Shown in pieces: positions 25,463 to 35,457 of a DNA stretch of 64,000 bases. The position numbers were made by a program, and so were the translations under genes. The stretch covers positions 960,998 to 1,024,997 of the forward strand of contig OZ242337.1 of NCBI GenBank assembly GCA_965208435.1. The letters run 5' to 3'. Within the stretch, counting starts at the first letter, position 1. Every line of letters starts with the position of its first letter. Below the pieces are notes generated by a model. The model was not told where the DNA came from. It worked only from the letters and a program-made list of their open reading frames with translations, and made no database searches. The stretch is from Candidatus Aldehydirespiratoraceae bacterium. Its GTDB lineage: Bacteria; Actinomycetota; Acidimicrobiia; Acidimicrobiales; Aldehydirespiratoraceae.

Positions 25463-26221
25463 TCAGCGCAGACCCCCGTCGAGACGCAGGATAGCGCCGG
25501 TGGTGTAGCTGCCGGCGTCACCGGCGAAGTAGAGGGCCGCGCCGACGATCTCTTCAGGTTGGCCGGCGCGCCCCAAGGAGGTCCGGCCGCCGAGGCCGGC
25601 GATCATCTCCGGTGACCATGCTCTGGAGACGTCGGTCAGGAACGGGCCTGGTTGGATGCAGTTGACCCGCACCTCGGGTCCATATGCCTTTGACATGCTC
25701 TCGGTCAGGTTGTGGAGGCTCGCCTTGGCCATCCCGTAGACGACTTCGCCCGGTGTCGGTTTGACGGCCGCGCTGGAGCTGACGAAGACGACCGACCCTG
25801 AGCCGCGCATCTTCATGCGCTCGGCGACTATCGCAGTGAGCCGGAACGCTCCCTTGAGATTGACGTCCATCACTTTGTCGTACAGCGCTTCGCTGATCTC
25901 TGAGATCGAGGGGTACAGGGGTGACATTCCGGCGTTGTTGACCAGGATGTCGATGTCGCCGAACTGCTCATAGGCCGCATCAGCGAGGCCCTGCACCTGG
26001 TCCCAGTACCCCACATGGCAGGCGTACGCCATAGCCTCCACTCCGAGGGCGCGGGCCTCTGCTGCCACCGATTCGCAGGTGTCGAGCTTGCGGCCGGCGA
26101 TCACGACATTGGCGCCGTGCCCGGCGAAGGCCAGAACCATCTCCCGCCCCAGGCCGCGGCTTCCGCCGGTGACGATGGCGGTGCGCCCCGTCAGGTCGAA
26201 GAGTTCACTCGCGTGTGCCAT
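25463..26221 (-). CDS. SDR family oxidoreductase (FabG-like)
   Basis: Has AIVTGGSRGLG, NNAG and YGMAK. Confidence 0.9.
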   Translation of the reverse strand: MAHASELFDLTGRTAIVTGGSRGLGREMVLAFAGHGANVVIAGRKLDTCESVAAEARALGVEAMAYACHVGYWDQVQGLADAAYEQFGDIDILVNNAGMSPLYPSISEISEALYDKVMDVNLKGAFRLTAIVAERMKMRGSGSVVFVSSSAAVKPTPGEVVYGMAKASLHNLTESMSKAYGPEVRVNCIQPGPFLTDVSRAWSPEMIAGLGGRTSLGRAGQPEEIVGAALYFAGDAGSYTTGAILRLDGGLR

Positions 26222-26384
26222 GGCTCTACTTTCAGATGCTCGGCTGGGCTTTCAGACGTCGGCTAGGCGACAGTATGCACCCTGGGCCATACTTGGCAGC
26301 AACATCTACTCTCAACATTCATTCACAACACTCATTCAATGGCATCCCACAACAGAACATGAACCTGCTGAGACTGGTCGAACG

Positions 26385-27305
26385 ATGAAGTTCTCCGTCA
26401 CGTATCCGCTCGTGCAGCACCCCTACAACCCTGAACTTCTTACCAAACAGAGCTTGGTCCGGTTCGCTCAGACCGCCGAGAACGCCGGTTTCAACGCGAT
26501 GGGGTTCACCGACCATCCAGCACCCACCCACCGTTGGCTCAGTGCCGGGGGCCACGACGCGCTCGACCCGTTCTCGGCGCTCGCATTCGTGGCCGCGGTC
26601 ACCGACCGCATGCTGTTGATTCCCAACATCGTGGTTCTCCCCTACCGAAACCCCTTCGTGGTGGCGAAGTCGATCGCGACAATCTCCGCCTTGAGCGACC
26701 AGAGGTTCGTGCTGGCGACCGGCACCGGCTATCTGAAGGGCGAGTACAAAGCGTTGGGAGTCGACTTCGATGAACGCAACGAGTTGTTCGACGAGGCGAT
26801 CGAGGTTATGCGCGGCGTCTGGGACACCGATGATTTCGCCCACGAGGGCCGCAACTTCCTGGCCTACGGGCAGACCGCCAACCCGAAGCCCGGCAGGGTT
26901 CCAATCTGGATCGGCGGCAACAGCAGACTCTCACGCAGACGGGTCGCGGCTGTAGCCGACGGCTGGGTCCCGTTCCCCGCGCCGCGGGCCCTGGCGGCCA
27001 CGACCAAGACTCCGCCACTGGAAACTCATGAGGACCTCGCCGAGATGCTCGACTACCTCTGGCGGCATGTAGAGGATCAGGGCCGTGACCGCTCAGAGAT
27101 CGACGTCTGCTTCGGTTCTGATGCCGGCGGTTCTTTGGCCGACGACACCTTCGACGCGGGCGCCCAGATCGAGGGACTGGCCTCGCTGAGCGCGTTGGGC
27201 GTCACCTGGGCGTCGGTGACTGTGCCGGGAGACTCGATCAACCGCGCCGTCGAGGCGCTGGCGCGCTATGGCGAAGAGGTCATCGCCGTAGCCGACACCG
27301 GTTGA
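26385..27305 (+). CDS. LLM class (F420-dependent type) oxidoreductase
   Basis: Homology starts at MKFSVTYPL (ATG 26385). The upstream part of the track ORF is antisense to the neighbouring SDR. Confidence 0.8.
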   Translation: MKFSVTYPLVQHPYNPELLTKQSLVRFAQTAENAGFNAMGFTDHPAPTHRWLSAGGHDALDPFSALAFVAAVTDRMLLIPNIVVLPYRNPFVVAKSIATISALSDQRFVLATGTGYLKGEYKALGVDFDERNELFDEAIEVMRGVWDTDDFAHEGRNFLAYGQTANPKPGRVPIWIGGNSRLSRRRVAAVADGWVPFPAPRALAATTKTPPLETHEDLAEMLDYLWRHVEDQGRDRSEIDVCFGSDAGGSLADDTFDAGAQIEGLASLSALGVTWASVTVPGDSINRAVEALARYGEEVIAVADTG

Positions 27306-27407
27306 CGCTCACCCCGCCGCTCACCCCGCCGACACCGGTTGACGCCCAGGGCTCAGGGTTGCGAAAATCGAAGTACGGACCCAGCCGGGGCGCCGACACC
27401 GACCCCA

Positions 27408-28289
27408 TCAGCCGCCGGACCCCGGGATCTTGAAGACCCGCTCGGCGTTCTCGTGCAGGAACTTGGGCCAGACGTGGGGTCGCAAACCCACATCGGGAAG
27501 CTCAGCGAAGATCCGTTCCAGGTCGAGACCTGCCGGGTAGTAGCCCGCGTACATCACCTTGTCGGAGCCGCGGGTGTTGGCATAGTCGATGATGGCCTCG
27601 GGATAGTATTTCGGAGCGAAAGCCGAGGTCATGTAGTACAAACCCGGCCATTTCAGCATCAGCTTCACAGCCAGGGCCTCCCAGGGCTCGGCTCCGTGGC
27701 GCATCACGATCCGCAGTTCGGGGAAGTCGTAGCACACGTCGTCGAAATGCCTGACGTGCTGGCAGTCCGCAGGCACACGGGGCCCGGGGACACCCGCGTT
27801 GGAGATGATCGGCAGGTCGAGGTCGATGCAGGTCATGTAGATCGGGTAGTAGCGACGATCGCTGACCGGGACCTGGGGGATGCAGCCGGCCGGGAAGGTC
27901 GTCACCGCGCTGAGTCCGTGCTCGCTGTGCGTCTCTCGGATCTTCCGCACGGTGCCGGCAATGTCGTTGGGGTCGACCTCTGTTGAGAAGTAGACCCTCC
28001 CGGGGTGGCGCCGACGGGCCTCGATCGACACCTTGTTGAGGCCGAACAACCCGGCACGCACACCGCAGCGGTCCATCTTGGCGAAGGTCGTCTCTATCGG
28101 ATCCTCGTCGGGGGCGGCCTCAGCCGGCGTGTCGGTGAACATGTATCCCGCCGGCATCACCAAGTCGCCGCCCTCGGCTGATTCGGCATCCTTGAATCCC
28201 GCTCTCAGGTGCTTGTAAACGGCGTTCTTGTCGGCGAACGGAAACCCGATCATCAAGTCGACTGCTTGCGGATCTGACGGATAGCTCAT
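27408..28289 (-). CDS. Amidohydrolase-2 (ACMSD-like) family protein
   Basis: Family-level resemblance. Typical size of 293 aa. Confidence 0.7.
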   Translation of the reverse strand: MSYPSDPQAVDLMIGFPFADKNAVYKHLRAGFKDAESAEGGDLVMPAGYMFTDTPAEAAPDEDPIETTFAKMDRCGVRAGLFGLNKVSIEARRRHPGRVYFSTEVDPNDIAGTVRKIRETHSEHGLSAVTTFPAGCIPQVPVSDRRYYPIYMTCIDLDLPIISNAGVPGPRVPADCQHVRHFDDVCYDFPELRIVMRHGAEPWEALAVKLMLKWPGLYYMTSAFAPKYYPEAIIDYANTRGSDKVMYAGYYPAGLDLERIFAELPDVGLRPHVWPKFLHENAERVFKIPGSGG

Positions 28290-28363
28290 TTTGTTCCTCT
28301 GGTTCTGGATTAGCGGGCAAGATCAGGCGCGACTCTTCGCGGCAGACAGTAATCTCCATCGCA

Positions 28364-29653
28364 ATGACGACCAATGCCCAATTGCTTGAACGCTACAGAG
28401 CGGTCCTGCCGTCGTATGTGAGTCCGCTCTACGCCGAACCGATCTCCATCGAACACGGCGAGGGAGGCTACGTATGGGACGTGGAGGGAAACCGCTACCT
28501 CGACTTCTTCGGTGGAGTGCTCACCACCATGGTCGGCCACAGCAATCCCGATGTGGTGGCCGCGGTGCAGGACCAGGCCGCCAAGGTCATGCACACTTCG
28601 ACGCTGTACCTCTGCGAGCCGATGATCGAGCTGGCTGAACAGATCGCCGCCATATCGGGTATCCCCGACGCCAGAGTGTTCTTCACCACCTCGGGCAGCG
28701 AAGCCAACGACACCGCCATCCTGCTGGCTACCAGCTATCGCAAGTCCAACCAGGTGCTGGCCATGCGCAACAGCTACCACGGCCGTTCGTTCACCGCTCA
28801 GGCGATCACCTCCCACTCCTCCTGGTCCTCGACCAGCCTCTCAGGTTTGTCGGTCAACTTCATCCAGGGCGGCTACCGCCTGCGCAGTCCCTTCGGCCAC
28901 ATGAACGACGAAGACTTCACCAACGCCTGCGTCGACGACCTCGTGCAGGTGATCGACATGATGACTGCCGGTGACGTCGCCTGCCTGATCGCCGAGCCGA
29001 TCCAGGGAGTCGGCGGTTTCGCCACGCCGCCGGACGGTTTCTTCGGTGAGCTCAACAAGGTGCTCGCCAACCATCAGATCCTGCTCGTCGTGGACGAGGT
29101 GCAGACCGGATGGGGGCGAACCGGCGAGCACTTCTGGGGCTATCAGGCCCACGACGTGGTGCCGGACATGCTCACCTTCGCCAAGGGCGTCGGCAACGGC
29201 GCCACGCTGGCAGGGATAGTCGCCCGTGCAGAGATCATGGACACCATCAGTGTGCTCTCGTTCAGCACCTTCGGCGGCAATCCGCTCTCGTCTGCGGCAG
29301 GTCTGGCCACGCTTCGCTATGTGCTCGACAACGACCTGCAAGGCAATGCCCTGCGAATGGGGCAGCGACTCACTGCGGCGGTGGCGCCGACAGCAGCCTC
29401 GGCGCCGTGGATTGCGGAACTGCGGGGCAGGGGTCTGATGCAGGCGATCGAGACCGTCCATCCCGGTTCGCTCGAACCCGACGCTGCGCGCGCCGGCGCG
29501 GTGTTGGAGGGCTGCAAGCGGCGGGGCCTGCTCGTCGGCAAGGGCGGGCTCTACGGCAACGTCATCCGCATCACCCCGATGCTCGACGTCACCGCTGACG
29601 AGTTGGACGAGGGGATCGCAGCCATCCTCGAGACGATCGACGAGATCGACTAG
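28364..29653 (+). CDS. Class III (omega) aminotransferase
   Basis: Has DEVQTGWGRTG and the PLP-lysine context FAKGVGNG. Confidence 0.9.
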   Translation: MTTNAQLLERYRAVLPSYVSPLYAEPISIEHGEGGYVWDVEGNRYLDFFGGVLTTMVGHSNPDVVAAVQDQAAKVMHTSTLYLCEPMIELAEQIAAISGIPDARVFFTTSGSEANDTAILLATSYRKSNQVLAMRNSYHGRSFTAQAITSHSSWSSTSLSGLSVNFIQGGYRLRSPFGHMNDEDFTNACVDDLVQVIDMMTAGDVACLIAEPIQGVGGFATPPDGFFGELNKVLANHQILLVVDEVQTGWGRTGEHFWGYQAHDVVPDMLTFAKGVGNGATLAGIVARAEIMDTISVLSFSTFGGNPLSSAAGLATLRYVLDNDLQGNALRMGQRLTAAVAPTAASAPWIAELRGRGLMQAIETVHPGSLEPDAARAGAVLEGCKRRGLLVGKGGLYGNVIRITPMLDVTADELDEGIAAILETIDEID

Positions 29654-29687
29654 ACACCGACGCGCACCCACAGACAGGACATCCATC

Positions 29688-31175
29688 ATGAAACAGATCA
29701 CCCACCTCATCGACAACGATTCCGTTCCCGGCACATCCGGACGGTCCGCTGCGGTCTTCAACCCGGCGACCGGCGAGCAGACAGCCGAGGTGGCTCTGGC
29801 ATCCAGCGAAGAGGTCGATGCAGCGGTCGCCTCAGCCAAAGCGGCGTTCGCCGAGTGGAGCGAGGTGAGCATCGCCCGCCGAACCAAGCTGATGTTCGCC
29901 TTTCGCAACCTCGTCGTGGACAACGCCGCTGAAGTCGCGGCCCGGCTCACAGCAGAGCACGGCAAGGTCACCTCTGACGCAGCCGGCGAGGTGGCACGAG
30001 CCATCGAGAACATTGAGTTCGCTTGCGGTATCGCCGAGCATCTCAAGGGCAGCCACAGCGAAATGGCGTCCACCGGGGTCGACGTCTACTCGGTGCGGCG
30101 TCCGCTCGGGGTCGTCGCCGGGATCACCCCGTTCAACTTCCCGGCAATGGTCCCGATGTGGATGGTTCCCAATGCTGTGGCGTGCGGCAACACGTTCCTG
30201 TTGAAACCTTCCGAGCGCGACCCGTCCGCTCCGTTGTTCATGGCCGAACTGTTCTGCGAAGCCGGTTTCCCCCCGGGCGTTCTCAACGTGGTGCAGGGCG
30301 ACAAGGTCGCTGTCGACCGGCTGCTCACCCACCCCGACGTCAAAGCGCTGAGCTTCGTCGGATCCACACCGATCGCCCAGTACGTCTACGAGACCGCCAG
30401 CGCCAACCACAAGCGCGTGCAGGCCCTCGGCGGCGCCAAGAACCACATGGTCGTACTTCCCGACGCCGACATCGACTTGGCGGCGGACTCCGCAGTGTCG
30501 GCGGCCTACGGTTCGGCGGGAGAGCGCTGCATGGCGGTCTCGGTGGCCGTCGCGGTCGGCGACGTCGCCGATCCGCTGGTCGACGCCATCAAGGTCCGCA
30601 TGGAGAAGTTGACCATCGGTGAGGGCACCGACCCCGCCTCGGAGATGGGGCCGTTGATCACCCGTGACCACCGTGACAGAGTCGCTGGTTATGTGGCCGC
30701 GGGCGAGGCATCGGGCGCATCGGTGGTCGTGGACGGACGCGAGGCCGCCTTCGACAACGAGGGTTTCTTTCTGGGCGTCACCCTGCTTGACCATGTGACC
30801 CCGGACATGACCGTCTACCAGGACGAGATCTTCGGCCCGGTGCTGAGCGTGGTGCGCGTCGACACCTATCGGGAGGCCGCCGAGTTGATCGCCGGCAATC
30901 CCTGGGGAAACGGCGCGGCGATCTTCACCCGCGACGGCGGCGCGGCACGCCAGTTCCAGCAGGACGCGGACGCCGGCATGGTGGGCATCAACGTGCCGAT
31001 TCCCGTGCCCGTCGGCTACCACTCCTTCGGCGGTTGGAAAGACTCAGCGTTCGGTGACACGACCATGTACGGGCCCGAGGGCATCCACTTCTACACCCGC
31101 CCCAAGGTGCTCACCACCCGCTGGCCCGACCCCGCCGGCAGCGCGGTCAACCTGGGGTTTCCCACCAACCAGTAG
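29688..31175 (+). CDS. mmsA: CoA-acylating methylmalonate-semialdehyde dehydrogenase
   Basis: Has FNFPAMVPMWMVPNAVACGNTFLLKPSERDP and the catalytic Cys context GERCMAVS. It is adjacent to an aminotransferase. Confidence 0.85.
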   Translation: MKQITHLIDNDSVPGTSGRSAAVFNPATGEQTAEVALASSEEVDAAVASAKAAFAEWSEVSIARRTKLMFAFRNLVVDNAAEVAARLTAEHGKVTSDAAGEVARAIENIEFACGIAEHLKGSHSEMASTGVDVYSVRRPLGVVAGITPFNFPAMVPMWMVPNAVACGNTFLLKPSERDPSAPLFMAELFCEAGFPPGVLNVVQGDKVAVDRLLTHPDVKALSFVGSTPIAQYVYETASANHKRVQALGGAKNHMVVLPDADIDLAADSAVSAAYGSAGERCMAVSVAVAVGDVADPLVDAIKVRMEKLTIGEGTDPASEMGPLITRDHRDRVAGYVAAGEASGASVVVDGREAAFDNEGFFLGVTLLDHVTPDMTVYQDEIFGPVLSVVRVDTYREAAELIAGNPWGNGAAIFTRDGGAARQFQQDADAGMVGINVPIPVPVGYHSFGGWKDSAFGDTTMYGPEGIHFYTRPKVLTTRWPDPAGSAVNLGFPTNQ

Positions 31176-31179
31176 CGCG

Positions 31180-32499
31180 TCAGGATCCTGCGGGTCCGGC
31201 AGTGCCTTCTCTCGGGCCGGGAGTGAACGTGACGGGCAGCGACCGCCAGCCGGTGACGTTGGAGGAGTGGAAGCGCACTTTGGCGTCGTGGTCGACCTCG
31301 TAGTCGGGTATTCGACGCAGGATCTCCTCGACAGCCACCTTCCCCTCCATGCGAGCCAGAGCAGCACCGAGACAGAAGTGCGCGCCGTACCCGAATCCCA
31401 GGTGTCTCTCCGGCCGTCGGAAGATGTTGAACTCCTCGGCCGTGGGGCCGAACTCACGCTCGTCGTGGTTGGCCGCCCCGATGAGCAGCAGAACCGAGTC
31501 GCCCTCACGCATCCGCTGTCCGTGTGCCTCAAAGTCCCGGGTCAGCGTGCGATGCATGTACTGGGTCGAGTTGTGGTAGCGCAGGACTTCCTCGATCATG
31601 TCCGGGATCAGCGCGGGATCCGCGACCACTGCGGCCTTCTGGTCCGAGTGCCGCGACAACAACTCCATGACGTTGGCCACCATCTTGGTGGTCGTCTCGT
31701 GGCCGGCGATGATGAACAGTATGCAGAAACCGAGGAGTTCCTCGTTGGTGAGCGCCCGCCCGTCAACCTCGAACCCGACAAGATCATTGATGAGCCCTGA
31801 TCCTTCACCGGCCTTGCGTTTCGGCAGGTCCTCCATGAAATAGGTGATGAGGCCTGCCATCCCGTCGGCGGCCTCACGGGGGATCGCGAACACCCCGTCC
31901 TCGCGGATCATCACCTTGTCGCTGTTGGCCCGCAACTCCGGGCGGTCCGCCGCCGGCACACCCAAGATCGCCGAGATCACATCCATCGGGAACGGGCTTG
32001 TGAGGTCGTCCACCACCTCAGCCCGGCCCGACTCGATGACCTCATCGAGGTAGCCGGTGAAGATCCTGCGGATCTCAGCTTCCATCTTGGCGACCGTGCG
32101 GGTGGTGAACACCCGGCTCACCAACTTGCGCAACACAGTGTGTTCCGGCGGGTCGTACTCGATCATCTGATCGAAGCCGGTGCTGTGACCGATGGGCCGC
32201 CGGTTCTCGAGCGCGACCCCGCCGGCAGACGACAACAGTTCCGTGTCGCGGAAGCCCTGTTGGACGTCCTCGAAACGGCTCAGCGCCCAGAACTCGAGCT
32301 CGGGATTCCAATAGGCGGGAGCTTCGTCACGGAGCCGTTTGTACGTGACGTACGGATCGTCGTGATGCGCAAACCCGAACGGATTGTAAACAAGTTCAGC
32401 CACAGCGAGTTCAGCCACCCCAAGACCGTAGCCAAACCCGCCCGAAAGATTCGATTCGCGAGCTTCAGAGGGACTGGAGGGACTTGGTGATCTCGACAA
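31180..32499 (-). CDS. Cytochrome P450
   Basis: Has AGHETT, the EEVLR (ExxR) motif, and the heme loop FGYGAHFCLGAALAR. The start is uncertain because the 32499 start overlaps the pntB end. Confidence 0.85.
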   Translation of the reverse strand: MSRSPSPSSPSEARESNLSGGFGYGLGVAELAVAELVYNPFGFAHHDDPYVTYKRLRDEAPAYWNPELEFWALSRFEDVQQGFRDTELLSSAGGVALENRRPIGHSTGFDQMIEYDPPEHTVLRKLVSRVFTTRTVAKMEAEIRRIFTGYLDEVIESGRAEVVDDLTSPFPMDVISAILGVPAADRPELRANSDKVMIREDGVFAIPREAADGMAGLITYFMEDLPKRKAGEGSGLINDLVGFEVDGRALTNEELLGFCILFIIAGHETTTKMVANVMELLSRHSDQKAAVVADPALIPDMIEEVLRYHNSTQYMHRTLTRDFEAHGQRMREGDSVLLLIGAANHDEREFGPTAEEFNIFRRPERHLGFGYGAHFCLGAALARMEGKVAVEEILRRIPDYEVDHDAKVRFHSSNVTGWRSLPVTFTPGPREGTAGPAGS

Positions 32500-33844
32500 C
32501 GGCCTCGCGTCCGTCGCCGAAGAGCATCAGGGCGTTGTCGGCGGCGAACAGAGGATTGGCGATCTTCGCGAAACCCGGGCTGAGGCTTCGCTTGATCACC
32601 ACCACAACGTCGCTCTTGTCGACGTCGAGAATCGGCATTCCCGCTATCGGACTCGACGGGTCGGTGCGAGCCACGGGGTTCACGACATCGTTGGCACCGA
32701 TGACGATGGTCACGTCGGTCTGCTCGAAGGTCGGGTTGATGTCGTCCATCTCCACGAGGCGTTCGTAGGCGACCTCCGCTTCGGCGAGCAGCACGTTCAT
32801 GTGGCCGGGCATCCGTCCCGCGACCGGGTGGATGCCGAACACCACCTCCACACCACGGTCCTGCAAACGCCTCATGAGGTCCCGCACCGCGTGCTGCGCT
32901 TGGGCCACTGCAAGCCCGTAGCCGGGGACGATCGCCACACGCTCGGCCGACTCGAGCAGCATCGCCACATCGTCGGGAGAGGTTGATCGGACCTTGCCTG
33001 CATAGATGTCGTCGACATCGTTGCCGCCCGCTCCCGACGGCGCAGGGCTGAACATCACCGCCAGCAGTGTGCGGTTCATGGCTGTGCACATGATCTGGGT
33101 GAGGATCAAGCCGCTCGCTCCGACCAGCGAGCCGGCGATGATCAACAGCGAGTTGTCGAGCACGAAACCAGCCGCCACCGCAGCCATGCCGGACAATGAG
33201 TTCAACAAGGCGATCACGACCGGCATGTCGGCTCCGCCGATCGGCAGTACCACCAACAGTCCGAGAACCGCTCCGACCCCGACCAGCAGCCAAAGCCAAA
33301 GAGCATTCTGTGCGTCGACGACCATCAACACACCGAGAACCACCGCTGCGGTCGCTCCAAGGGCGCTGAGCACGGTGATGCCTTTGAACCCCGACCAACG
33401 CAGCGCTTCGCGGAGCTTGGCGAAGGCGACCAGACTCCCCGTGAACGTCACCGCCCCGATCAGCGACGCCAGCGCCGCTGACGACGACAGTCGCGCGGTG
33501 TCGCCGAACAGATCAACAGCCTGGGTGTAGGACGCAGCCGCAACCAGCACCGACGCACCCCCGCCGAAGCCGTTGAACAGAGCAACCAGTTCGGGCATCG
33601 CGGTCATCTGGACGCGCACAGCCAGCACAACTCCCACAGCCGCCCCCAGAATCACCCCTCCGATGATCCACCCGAAGCCGATGATGGAGTTGTCGGTGAG
33701 CGTGACCAGCACCGCGACGAGCATTCCCGCCGCTCCGTACTGGTTGCCCCTTACCGCGGTGCGGGGCCGGCTGAGCCGTTTCAGACCGAAGATGAACAGG
33801 ATTGCCGCGACGAGGTAACCGAGCGCGGCCCAATCGTTGGTCAC
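32465..33844 (-). CDS. pntB: NAD(P) transhydrogenase subunit beta
   Basis: A multi-TM N-terminal half is followed by a dIII domain (GYGLAVAQAQH, GIHPVAGRMPGHMNVLLAEA). Confidence 0.9.
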   Translation of the reverse strand: MTNDWAALGYLVAAILFIFGLKRLSRPRTAVRGNQYGAAGMLVAVLVTLTDNSIIGFGWIIGGVILGAAVGVVLAVRVQMTAMPELVALFNGFGGGASVLVAAASYTQAVDLFGDTARLSSSAALASLIGAVTFTGSLVAFAKLREALRWSGFKGITVLSALGATAAVVLGVLMVVDAQNALWLWLLVGVGAVLGLLVVLPIGGADMPVVIALLNSLSGMAAVAAGFVLDNSLLIIAGSLVGASGLILTQIMCTAMNRTLLAVMFSPAPSGAGGNDVDDIYAGKVRSTSPDDVAMLLESAERVAIVPGYGLAVAQAQHAVRDLMRRLQDRGVEVVFGIHPVAGRMPGHMNVLLAEAEVAYERLVEMDDINPTFEQTDVTIVIGANDVVNPVARTDPSSPIAGMPILDVDKSDVVVVIKRSLSPGFAKIANPLFAADNALMLFGDGREAVVEITKSLQSL

Positions 33845-34164
33845 GAACCGTCTCCGTCGGTCTTCGACTGATCCGCTGCAGCACGTCGCCGCTTCGGGCC
33901 GAACATGTGCAGCATTCGATGGGTCACCAGGAAGCCTCCCACCACGTTGATCATCGCCATGGTTACCGCAACGAATCCCAGGACTGCGGTGAACGTCGAA
34001 TGGTCTGCGCCGGCGGCCAACAACGCCCCCACAATCGTGATGCCCGAGATGGCGTTGGATCCCGACATCAGCGGGGTGTGCAGCGTCGGGGGCACCTTGG
34101 TGATCAACTCCACCCCCAAGAACACGGCCAGCACCAGCAGGGTGACGGCGATCAGCAGTTCCAC
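33841..34164 (-). CDS. pntA: NAD(P) transhydrogenase subunit alpha part 2
   Basis: Has HTPLMSGSNAISGI and three TM segments. The GTG start at 34164 is 5 nt after the pntAA stop. The 3' end overlaps the pntB start by 4 nt. Confidence 0.8.
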   Translation of the reverse strand: MELLIAVTLLVLAVFLGVELITKVPPTLHTPLMSGSNAISGITIVGALLAAGADHSTFTAVLGFVAVTMAMINVVGGFLVTHRMLHMFGPKRRRAAADQSKTDGDGS

Positions 34165-34168
34165 CTTC

Positions 34169-35329
34169 TCAGCCCTCCCCGAGCGCGGCCACGACTTCGT
34201 GATGGACGACCGCACCGTCGTGGGTGACCAGCATCGCCGAGAGAATCTCGTCGTCGCTGCGCAGCTCCACCTCACCGTCGGGAGCGAGATGGGTCAGGAA
34301 CGCCACAAGATTGCGGGAGAACATCTCGCTGGCGTGGCGGGCGCACTTCGAGGCCAGATCGGTCGGGCCGAGAACGGTGACACCGTCGCAATCCACCTTC
34401 TCGTCGGCTTCGGTCACCTCGCAGTTGCCGCCGCGCTCGGCCGCCAAGTCGATCAGCACCGACCCGGCCTCCATGGCGTCGACCATCTCCGCGGTGACGA
34501 GCAGCGGGGACGGTCGACCCGGCACGGATGCGGCAGTGATCACAACGTCAGCGCCGGCCACATGAGGGGTCAGCATCTCGCGCTGGATCTGCGCAACGTC
34601 GTCACTCTGGGCGACCGCGTAGCCGTTGATGCTCGTGACGGCCTTGGATCCAACAGCGTCCGGTGAAACCTCGAATTCCAACGCACGGGCGCCTATCGAA
34701 CGAATCTGCTCGACTGCCTCGGGGCGCACGTCGTAGGCGTCCACCACACCACCGAGCCGCCTCGCGGTGCCGATGGCCTGCAGACCGGCCACGCCTGCGC
34801 CGAGCACCAGCACTCGGGCCGGAGCCAGCGTGCCCGCAGCAGTCATCATCAACGGGAACATCTGGGGCAGACTGCTCGCGGCGAGCAGCACAGCCTCGTA
34901 CCCGGCGATCGTCGCCATCGACGACAGCACGTCCATCGTCTGGGCACGGGTGACGCGCGGCACCAGGTCCAAAGAGAATGCCGAGACACCGTTCGCCGCA
35001 TGGCGCTGCGCCCTGTGAGGCGCCCACAGCGGGTCGAAGACGCCCACGAACACGGTCGCGGGCACCGCGGCCGGATTGAGGGACGAGGAACCCATCGGAG
35101 CATCCCGCACCGAGACGACAACATCGGCGACGCCCGAGTCCGGAGCAAGCCGATCGACGATGGTCGCCCCGGCACGCAGATAGGCGTCGTCGTCGAAGCC
35201 CGAGGCCGAGCCTGCGCTCCGCTCCACGGACACATCGCAACCCTGCTGCACCAACGCGGCGACACCGTCGGGAACGAGAGCGACTCGGTTCTCCCTCGGT
35301 GCTGACTCACGCAGCAGTCTCAGCCGCAC
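34169..35329 (-). CDS. pntA: NAD(P) transhydrogenase subunit alpha part 1
   Basis: Alanine-dehydrogenase-like fold with a Rossmann loop, VLVLGAGVAGLQAIGTARRLGG. Confidence 0.9.
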   Translation of the reverse strand: MRLRLLRESAPRENRVALVPDGVAALVQQGCDVSVERSAGSASGFDDDAYLRAGATIVDRLAPDSGVADVVVSVRDAPMGSSSLNPAAVPATVFVGVFDPLWAPHRAQRHAANGVSAFSLDLVPRVTRAQTMDVLSSMATIAGYEAVLLAASSLPQMFPLMMTAAGTLAPARVLVLGAGVAGLQAIGTARRLGGVVDAYDVRPEAVEQIRSIGARALEFEVSPDAVGSKAVTSINGYAVAQSDDVAQIQREMLTPHVAGADVVITAASVPGRPSPLLVTAEMVDAMEAGSVLIDLAAERGGNCEVTEADEKVDCDGVTVLGPTDLASKCARHASEMFSRNLVAFLTHLAPDGEVELRSDDEILSAMLVTHDGAVVHHEVVAALGEG

Positions 35330-35402
35330 AAGACAGGAAGATTAGCAGGTCCGTTCAGGCTGCGGGTGCCACCCGGCGATGGTCGTCCGCCACAGGCTCA
35401 GC

Positions 35403-35457
35403 GCTGGCCTCTATCGGGAGAGCTGGCCTCTATCGGGAAGCTGGCCCTCTATCGACT
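35403..35457. repeat. Three tandem 18-19-bp repeats upstream of pntAA
   Basis: The units are gctggcctctatcgggag, gctggcctctatcgggaa and gctggccctctatcgact. The last overlaps the stop of the 35449-36693 gene. Confidence 0.85.

Noticed and set aside
27285-27345. Short duplication (ccgacaccggttgacgc twice, ctcaccccgccg twice) at the end of the LLM gene
   Set aside because: It is real but tiny and lies in a convergent gap. No function can be argued beyond a slippage scar.
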